Of a DNA stretch of 56,719 bases, positions 38,082-44,229 are shown piece by piece. Source of the stretch: a virus (Duplodnaviria > Caudoviricetes); the IMG/VR virus record IMGVR_UViG_3300024243_000022, positions 1 to 56,719 of that record. The stretch is one strand, 5' to 3'. The translations under genes and the position numbers were made by a program. The notes under the pieces were generated by a model. It was given only the letters and a program-made list of their open reading frames with translations, was not told the DNA's origin and did not search any database. The stretch's first letter is position 1, and every line of letters starts with the position of its first letter.

Positions 38082-38591
38082 TTAAACTCCACTCAAGTCT
38101 CGGATGATCACAGTGGGGAGCCCAGACTCATCTTTGCCCATCGAAATTGCACTGTTGAGTCCCTGAATGTCCTTGGTCAGCGCTTGAAACACGCCAGAGA
38201 GTGTGGCAATATCTCTAACACTCTCTTCATCGACTGCCTCAATCGCACTGCGAGCTTTTGCCAGTAACTTAGTTTCTAAGTCAGCATATAATTCGACAAG
38301 TGCGAGTTGCTTGGCCATGTTAAACACTTGAAGTCTTTTTCGGTTTTTATCCAGGAATTGATCTGCGCGAACGGTAAAGATATCTTCACCCTCTAAAAGC
38401 TCTTCACCCTCTGTACCTTCAACCAGAGAGAAGGAGGACGAATCGTCTTCTGAAAACCACTGCTGCCATTCTTGTTCTTTGGCAATCTTCTCCATCATAG
38501 AGAGAGGTAAACCTAGAGTATCTGCAAGATCTTTAAGAGGGACGCCTAGAATCTCGTAAGATAATCTAGGTACTTTCATATTGGTTTCCAT
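38082..38591 (-). CDS. putative terminase small subunit
   Basis: N-terminal HTH-like segment; immediately upstream of TerL. Confidence 0.6.
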   Translation of the reverse strand: METNMKVPRLSYEILGVPLKDLADTLGLPLSMMEKIAKEQEWQQWFSEDDSSSFSLVEGTEGEELLEGEDIFTVRADQFLDKNRKRLQVFNMAKQLALVELYADLETKLLAKARSAIEAVDEESVRDIATLSGVFQALTKDIQGLNSAISMGKDESGLPTVIIRDLSGV

Positions 38592-38617
38592 ATCAGCTCC
38601 TTTTACTTTCTTATTTA

Positions 38618-38646
38618 ATTATAAGCTATATATTTGGATTTGTACA
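38618..38646 (-). promoter_or_regulatory. sigma70-type promoter for the structural arm
   Basis: TGTACA-N17-TATAAT on the minus strand, upstream of the AAGGAG SD of 38591. Confidence 0.6.
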
Positions 38647-38802
38647 GCTTTATTTGAAAATAAAATACAGTAATACCACTCGTGGGAAAAGTGTATCATA
38701 CCATATTATATAGGCGAATTTTTTCTACAGTTTTGATCTTTTTTAGTATAAGCACATCAGTTTGGCAGAGCAATACACGTATTATAGTATTTTAGTATCG
38801 GG

Positions 38803-39060
38803 GTTATACTTGTGTAAAAAGTGTATATTTTAGTAAAAACAGAGAAATTTTTTTGTTTAGTTTCTCGGTGTTATACTTGTGTAAAAAGTGTATATTTTAG
38901 TAAAAACAGAGAAATTTTTTTGTTGGGATTCACAGAAGAGTGGTGTAAAAAGTGTATATTTCACTGTGTACGAGAAATTTTTTTGTTGGGATTCACAGAA
39001 GAGTGGTGTAAAAAGTGTATATTCTATTGTTTACGAGAAATTTTTTTGTCGGGATTTACA
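38803..39060. repeat. four tandem 63-67 bp repeats (GTGTAAAAAGTGTATATT...GAGAAATTTTTTTGT)
   Basis: Core starts at 38812, 38879, 38943 and 39006. Confidence 0.92.
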
Positions 39061-39197
39061 TAAGCAGAGCTTATTAACCCACGGGCCCCCTATACCCCAT
39101 ATTATATATTTATTTTATTTTAAAATATTTTTAAATAAATATTATATTATATATTAAATTTTATTAAAAATATATAAAAATTTATTTAATTTTTTTA

Positions 39198-39226
39198 TTT
39201 ACAAATTTATTTTTTTATTATATAAT
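39198..39226 (+). promoter_or_regulatory. early promoter embedded in an A/T-only tract
   Basis: TTTACA-N17-TATAAT. Confidence 0.7.
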
Positions 39227-39262
39227 ATATATATTAAATAAATAATAATTATTTATTTAATA

Positions 39263-39274
39263 GATCTTTGACAT
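39263..39274 (+). promoter_or_regulatory. boxA-like antitermination motif
   Basis: GATCTTTGACAT about 30 nt after the predicted TSS; resembles rrn/lambda boxA. Confidence 0.4.
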
Positions 39275-39428
39275 AATATAAAAGCTTTTATATGAGAAGG
39301 CTAGAAGACTTCACTCTTCTGTAAGAAGAGCGCGAGACTGAATAGCCTGCTTATAAGAAGAGTGTATAACTGTGAGACTCTGATACTGAAGAGTCTCACT
39401 CGATGGCCTAAGCACAAGGAGACTTACT

Positions 39429-39614
39429 ATGAAATCACTAAACTTTGAAACTAACGAAGCTTATATCGCATGTGATTTTGAAGAAACATTCGACAGAACA
39501 CACTTCAACGAATACTTGAAGAATACTGAGATACATGATATGACTGAGTATCTCGAAACTCTTGTACCAGTGTACAGAGCATCGCACACTGACTTTGTTA
39601 AACGCCCGTACTAA
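39429..39614 (+). CDS. small acidic early protein
   Basis: AAGGAG SD; first ORF of the early arm. Confidence 0.7.
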   Translation: MKSLNFETNEAYIACDFEETFDRTHFNEYLKNTEIHDMTEYLETLVPVYRASHTDFVKRPY

Positions 39615-39623
39615 TCAACACAA

Positions 39624-39661
39624 ACATCCGAACAGCGCTCGGGCGATGTAAAACTAAGCGC
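39624..39661 (+). ncRNA. putative pseudoknot RNA element, copy A
   Basis: CATCCG-AACA-GCGCT-CGGGCGATG-TAAAACT-A-AGCGC; intergenic; covaries with copy B. Confidence 0.5.
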
Positions 39662-39693
39662 GTTTACAACACTCAACTTATAAGGAGTACATC

Positions 39694-40020
39694 ATGGCCA
39701 AAGCAAAAGAACAAAGCGTACAGTTGACTAACACTACAGAGCTGAAAAGCTGGACCAAACCTGAACTTGTAACTGCAGTAATTGAGTATGAAGACTTGCT
39801 CCTTGCACTTGAGAGTAAAATCTCAAGTGTGAAGGTGCCTGTAACAGGGCGCAAAGAACAAGTACTGAAAATCTTGAAGTCAGCTGGACACATAAGCGTC
39901 TCAGCTATTGCGACGCGCATTGGCATCAGCCAACGCAATGTGTCTTCGCAGATGACATACCTCCGCAAGGACGGTCATGCAATCGCGACCGACTCGCTCG
40001 GTCGTAAATTTCTTGAGTAA
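39694..40020 (+). CDS. winged-HTH DNA-binding protein, paralogue 1
   Basis: GRKEQVLKIL...SVSAIATRIGISQRNVSSQMTYLRKDGHAI. Confidence 0.85.
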   Translation: MAKAKEQSVQLTNTTELKSWTKPELVTAVIEYEDLLLALESKISSVKVPVTGRKEQVLKILKSAGHISVSAIATRIGISQRNVSSQMTYLRKDGHAIATDSLGRKFLE

Positions 40021-40095
40021 TTAACTGATGTCTTCTAGCCTTCTATATGCGCTGCTCAATAACGAGCAGCGCAACCCTTAACAAGGAGAATGACT

Positions 40096-40311
40096 ATGGC
40101 TATTGTTTATGTAGTAATGCTTGACGTAAAGTATGAAGGTTCAACACTCAGAAATTTGTTTAGCAATGAAAACGCAGCACGCAAGTACTGCGCGGCTAAT
40201 GCCAACGACGTCGAGTATGATGACGTGAGCTTCTCAATTCACGAGATGACTGTGATTGACGAAGTAAATGTTACCGAGGCTGATGACAAGTATGATCATT
40301 ACGACTACTAA
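40096..40311 (+). CDS. small acidic early protein
   Basis: Follows repeat 1; second ATG fits SD spacing. Confidence 0.75.
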   Translation: MAIVYVVMLDVKYEGSTLRNLFSNENAARKYCAANANDVEYDDVSFSIHEMTVIDEVNVTEADDKYDHYDY

Positions 40312-40367
40312 CCTTAACATGCGCTGCTCAATAACGAGCAGCGCAACCCTTAACAAGGAGGATGATT

Positions 40368-40553
40368 ATGACTAACCCTAACCGATCTAAAGTTCTCAAT
40401 GCTGTTCAAACATCAATCAAATCAAACGGTTATTACCGTAATGATATGATTGCCAAACAACTCGGTATCCCTAAGCGTGAGGTAAGCAAGATGCTTACTT
40501 ACCTTAGATGCGATAACGGCCACGACTTCACGCGGTATAGAATGAACCGCTAA
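40368..40553 (+). CDS. winged-HTH protein, diverged paralogue
   Basis: IAKQLGIPKREVSKMLTYLR aligns with the IGIS.RNVSSQMTYLR helix. Confidence 0.75.
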   Translation: MTNPNRSKVLNAVQTSIKSNGYYRNDMIAKQLGIPKREVSKMLTYLRCDNGHDFTRYRMNR

Positions 40554-40610
40554 CCTTTAACATGCGCTGCTCAATAACGAGCAGCGCAACCCTTAACAAG
40601 GAGAATGACT

Positions 40611-40802
40611 ATGTCTAAACGTGTTAACATTTCAATGCCTGAAGAATTATATGCAGACGTTAAGAAATATAATCTTAATACTTCTAAAGTATGTCAAAAA
40701 GCTTTAGAGACTGCAATACGATTTGAGAAAGGTAAACGCCGACACCGTCAAAGCATGATTGATAATGCTCATCACATTATCAAAGCTTTACAGCGTGCTT
40801 AA
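40611..40802 (+). CDS. ribbon-helix-helix protein, CcdA-antitoxin-like
   Basis: KRVNISMPEELYADVKKYNLNTSKVCQKAL RHH pattern. Confidence 0.7.
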   Translation: MSKRVNISMPEELYADVKKYNLNTSKVCQKALETAIRFEKGKRRHRQSMIDNAHHIIKALQRA

Positions 40803-40818
40803 AACTCAATGCCTTAAC

Positions 40819-40853
40819 CATCCGACGCGTCTGGGTGATGTAAAACTTGGCGC
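40819..40853 (+). ncRNA. putative pseudoknot RNA element, copy B
   Basis: CATCCG-AC-GCGTC-TGGGTGATG-TAAAACT-T-GGCGC. Confidence 0.5.
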
Positions 40854-40885
40854 ACTAACTCTAACCCTTAACAAGGAGGATGATT

Positions 40886-41227
40886 ATGACTGAAACATTA
40901 TTTACATGTATGACACTGGCTGAAGCATTAACTAAAGAAGCTGACGCAGTAAGAAAAACTGAAGACGACATGATGTCTTATGTCGAATGTTACAACGGCC
41001 TCGAGCGTATACACCACGATCTGTATACACATGCTGAACTCGATGATCTTAGCGAGACGCTTGAAGCGAACGGCACATGTGACATAAGCATGGACCTTGT
41101 ACGAATAATGAACATATGTCTTGACGGCTTCGGTAAATCTGACGTAGCAAATACACTACGACTACCGATTAGCAACAAGATAATGCAACTCGTACACTTT
41201 CTTCATTATCTGCACAACATGAGTTAA
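40886..41227 (+). CDS. hypothetical early protein
   Basis: Preceded by the AACCCTTAACAAGGAG half of the cassette repeat. Confidence 0.75.
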   Translation: MTETLFTCMTLAEALTKEADAVRKTEDDMMSYVECYNGLERIHHDLYTHAELDDLSETLEANGTCDISMDLVRIMNICLDGFGKSDVANTLRLPISNKIMQLVHFLHYLHNMS

Positions 41228-41434
41228 CCACTAACAAACACCAATGCCTCATTGCTTATGATTTACTATCATAGGCGGTGAGGCATTGATGATAGTAAGC
41301 CCGGCCCAGTGGGAGAGCGCGGCCAAGTATCAACCAGTACAGAAGATCACGGTCCAGCATCAGCTCACCATCGTCCCAATTTACTATCACCCGGCCCCGC
41401 TGGAGAGCTCGGCCAAGCGCGATACCCAGTCCCA

Positions 41435-41482
41435 CACCAATTGCACCCGGCTATTTACTTCCCCGTGCTTTGGTGATATAAT
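41435..41482 (+). promoter_or_regulatory. repeated phage promoter, copy 1
   Basis: CACCAA-N29-TTGGTG framing TTTACT-N17-TATAAT, with extended -10 TG. Confidence 0.85.
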
Positions 41483-41544
41483 TATATTATAAAGAGTGAG
41501 GGAATAATCCTTCATTTAATAAATACCAAGCAAGGAGGTCCAAC

Positions 41545-41874
41545 ATGGCCAAAGAATTGATGAGTATGACCAAAGAAGAATTGGTGGCAATGATTGAAGC
41601 ACAGTCAGTAGAGATCAACAAAGTGAAGGATGCAGCTGGTGGCCGGAAACTTCAGGTATTGAAGATACTTCAGACTGGAGACCACACCACAGTGAAAGCC
41701 ATCGCTGCAAGAATCGGTATCTCAGACAGGAATGTCTCATCTCAAATGACGTACCTCCGCAAGGACGGATATGCCATCGCAACAGACAGTCTTGGCCGGA
41801 AGTTTCTTGAATCCACAGGTCAGGTGCATGAATCAGCTGGAGCCAAGGTTATAACCAGAAAGAAAGCAGTATAA
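41545..41874 (+). CDS. winged-HTH DNA-binding protein, paralogue 2
   Basis: GRKLQVLKIL...IGISDRNVSSQMTYLRKDGYAIATDSLGRKFLE, near-identical core to 39694..40020. Confidence 0.85.
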   Translation: MAKELMSMTKEELVAMIEAQSVEINKVKDAAGGRKLQVLKILQTGDHTTVKAIAARIGISDRNVSSQMTYLRKDGYAIATDSLGRKFLESTGQVHESAGAKVITRKKAV

Positions 41875-41883
41875 CAAATAACC

Positions 41884-41910
41884 TGTGCGGTGAGTCTATC
41901 TCACCGCACA
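41884..41910 (+). promoter_or_regulatory. intergenic hairpin before an RBS
   Basis: TGTGCGGTGAG-tctat-CTCACCGCACA perfect 11-bp stem. Confidence 0.65.
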
Positions 41911-41932
41911 ATTTAATCAGGAGGAACTCAGT

Positions 41933-42061
41933 ATGGTTGATTATTATGATGAGTACAGCGACGAAGAGTATGAGGATCTTGACATTGAATTCTTTGTACC
42001 CGACTCGCCAGGTAGACGGTGTAACTGTGAAGACGCACCGTGTTGTGGATGCAATCAATAA
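41933..42061 (+). CDS. 42-aa acidic protein with C-terminal CNCEDAPCCGC cluster
   Basis: Read manually; AGGAGG SD; not in the ORF track. Confidence 0.7.
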   Translation: MVDYYDEYSDEEYEDLDIEFFVPDSPGRRCNCEDAPCCGCNQ

Positions 42062-42076
42062 CGGGAGGAACTCAGT

Positions 42077-42265
42077 ATGGCCAAGAAGAGAGTCTTTAAA
42101 GAGCATATCGTCACGGCTGTGATCATCAATCACCAGCTGTATGTGATGGACTTTGTTGAGCAGTATGAATCAGTAGAACATGCGATCTTTGCAAAGTTCG
42201 GCATCGACGCTGACAATGAAAATTATCACGTACTGTGGAGTGGTCCACGATACCACATAGGTTAA
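42077..42265 (+). CDS. hypothetical protein
   Basis: GGAGGAACTCAGTATGG start region shared with the 41933 ORF. Confidence 0.7.
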   Translation: MAKKRVFKEHIVTAVIINHQLYVMDFVEQYESVEHAIFAKFGIDADNENYHVLWSGPRYHIG

Positions 42266-42269
42266 CAGT

Positions 42270-42304
42270 AATGCCCGGGCATCTCAATGTGTCCGGGCAT
42301 TTTT
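42270..42304 (+). terminator. intrinsic terminator
   Basis: AATGCCCGG...CCGGGCATT stem followed by a T run. Confidence 0.8.
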
Positions 42305-42399
42305 ATTTACTATCATCGGCGGGACTGGAGAGCTCGACCAAATAAGATCTGGATTCTAGAAAAATGAGCGACCGCTCATTGTGGCTACTTCATAGCTAC

Positions 42400-42915
42400 A
42401 TTTGCTCTAAGCTACTGATTTTACTACATATAACCAGAGGTAAAATCGAGCTAAATTTAGGTCTTTTTATATTCTATTAACTCTTTTTATCTAACTACTT
42501 GTTTTTATTATATATATTAATAAAATTGAAAGAATTAAGAGAAATATAATATAATAGAAATACAAGGTTGTAAAAGACCTGGGGTTATTGTATATATAGG
42601 CTACGGTGTATGTATTATTGATCCTTTTTACCCTTCTGTAGCTTAAAAGGATAGAAAAGTTTTTATTGAAATTAGCTCATGCTCTTCAAAAAAGGACAGA
42701 ATATCTAATAAAATCAGCTACTTAGAAAATAAGAGTCATTTTAAGCAAAATGAGAATACCTAGTTATATCAGCTACTTAGAGACAAAGAATTACCGCGAG
42801 GCTCTTTGTAGACTACGCACTTTTTGAGAGAATACCTAATAAAATCAATAGCTTAGGCCCATTTTCTCGAAATATACACGAAATAAATTATCTAATAATA
42901 TCAGCTACTTAAGTT
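42400..42915. repeat. iteron-like 21-bp repeats (CTAATAAAATCAGCTACTTAG); candidate replication origin
   Basis: Direct copies at 42705, 42760, 42836 and 42892; inverted copy at 42407-42427; AT-rich gap between; non-coding. Confidence 0.7.
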
Positions 42916-42988
42916 TGAGCCGTCATTCATTTTTTATTAGCTCATTTAACCTGAAATATTAACCCACAAACACACAAAGTGCGCTCAA

Positions 42989-43036
42989 CACCAATTATCT
43001 CTGGCTATTTACTTTCCAGCTCTTTGGTGATATAAT
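42989..43036 (+). promoter_or_regulatory. repeated phage promoter, copy 2
   Basis: CACCAA-N29-TTGGTG; TTTACT-N17-TATAAT. Confidence 0.85.
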
Positions 43037-43091
43037 TATATTATAGAAGTGAGAAGGAATTAAAAATCAACACTTAAGCAAGGAGTCCCGT

Positions 43092-43433
43092 ATGAGAGAC
43101 ACATTAACACTAGAGGCTATCCGTGAAGACTTAACCAGTGTGCGCAAGCTCATCAGAGTGCGCAAGCCAGAAACAAAAGAGTATGACTTAGACTACTACA
43201 ACGCAAGAGACTTACTTATTAGGTTGAACAACAACTTATACACACTACCTATCTCTGGTTGGCTAGAGAATGAAGGCACACTAGATATAGACATGGCACT
43301 AATTGATCTAATCTACTTCATCAACAACCACAAGCTCAAACAACTCAATGAAGCACTTTATCAAACTATTAATCTGGTTGACGCGATCAGCTACAGATGC
43401 GCAACACGATTTGACTCACTGACCGAGGTATAA
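43092..43433 (+). CDS. hypothetical protein
   Basis: AAGGAG SD after promoter copy 2. Confidence 0.75.
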   Translation: MRDTLTLEAIREDLTSVRKLIRVRKPETKEYDLDYYNARDLLIRLNNNLYTLPISGWLENEGTLDIDMALIDLIYFINNHKLKQLNEALYQTINLVDAISYRCATRFDSLTEV

Positions 43434-43473
43434 CAAAGTTAAAATTAACACCAAAAGCAAGGAGGCCAACATC

Positions 43474-43806
43474 ATGGCACAGCATGATCCAAGACACCGC
43501 AACTCACTCCACAAGCTAAGTAACAATGAAGCATACCTTAACTTAGGGTTCATACCCATCACGACAGGCAGAGGCCAACAAGCTCTGTACATGGTAACTA
43601 CGTTCGGCTCCTATTTCTGGTTAACAGACTTAAACGGCGACGCTCTGCCCAAGGACTCAGACAAACAACTCTCATTCTGCATGTACGATGGAGACACTAA
43701 CGCACTGCTCTACTACAAAGACATTCCAAACTTAGTTACTAATGTCGTCATGCACATCTCTCTGGCTGTTGATGACTACATACTTAAAACAAGGAGGCCA
43801 AACTAA
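43474..43806 (+). CDS. hypothetical protein
   Basis: AAGGAGG SD. Confidence 0.75.
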   Translation: MAQHDPRHRNSLHKLSNNEAYLNLGFIPITTGRGQQALYMVTTFGSYFWLTDLNGDALPKDSDKQLSFCMYDGDTNALLYYKDIPNLVTNVVMHISLAVDDYILKTRRPN

Positions 43807-44025
43807 ATGATTAGCAACGCTGAATTATCACAAAGGCAAACTCTGCGTGACCGTGGCGAAAGCCCTGACAAGTTAGACAAGGAGACGACTGAGGAGTTTC
43901 TGCAACGAGGTGGTAGGATTGCAAAGATTCCGAGGGGTATGAGTGGTGAGACATTTAACGCGTTCCAATGCACGAAGGAGGCACATAAGGATGGCACAGT
44001 CAACGATCCAAAAGAAACAAAATAA
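43807..44025 (+). CDS. small protein with SutA-like RNA polymerase-binding motif
   Basis: EEFLQRGGRIAKIP resembles the SutA EEFLSRGGKVQEI segment. Confidence 0.6.
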   Translation: MISNAELSQRQTLRDRGESPDKLDKETTEEFLQRGGRIAKIPRGMSGETFNAFQCTKEAHKDGTVNDPKETK

Positions 44026-44054
44026 GAAATCTGTATTTTATTTTTCTCGGGGTA

Positions 44055-44083
44055 TTTACAAACCGGTCTTTTTATGTTATAAT
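44055..44083 (+). promoter_or_regulatory. sigma70-type promoter for the primase gene
   Basis: TTTACA-N17-TATAAT with TG extension. Confidence 0.7.
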
Positions 44084-44229
44084 AAGAAGATAGGGTAAAA
44101 GAGGATTAGTAAGACTCTCCTTGTTGTTGAGTGGTTGGAGAAACTTAGAACTAGGCCACTAGGTTTCTCCAACATCCTAACCAACACTCGCAGCACCCAC
44201 ATATAACTCTACAACAACAGAGGATATTT

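Larger units (their letters stand above)
40047..40613 (+). repeat. three 52-bp hairpin+RBS repeats (40047, 40319, 40562), each heading one small gene
   Basis: ATGCGCTGCTCAATAACGAGCAGCGCAACCCTTAACAAGGAGRATGAYTATG; RBS half repeated again near 40864-40888. Confidence 0.95.

Noticed and set aside
38803-39157. CRISPR array, or ORFs 38821..39063 and 38888..39157
   Set aside because: Units are tandem duplications without unique spacers; the ORFs are translations of the repeat and lack an SD.
39268-39296. TTGACA as the -35 of a second early promoter
   Set aside because: The hexamer at 17-bp spacing is TATGAG, lacking the conserved final T; a boxA-like reading fits better, though a weak promoter is not excluded.
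39295-40044. Invertible DNA segment bounded by the 15-bp inverted repeat
   Set aside because: No invertase or recombinase was recognised in the window, and the bulged extension fits an RNA stem better.
40047-40613. CRISPR array (palindromic repeats)
   Set aside because: The intervening sequences are ~190-220-bp ORFs, the repeat contains an RBS and start codon, and no cas operon is present.
41286-41492. ORF-track 68-aa ORF
   Set aside because: No SD; it runs through non-coding repeats and promoter copy 1.
41937-42122. ORF-track 61-aa ORF
   Set aside because: The overlapping frame starting at 41933 has proper SD spacing and a more protein-like sequence.
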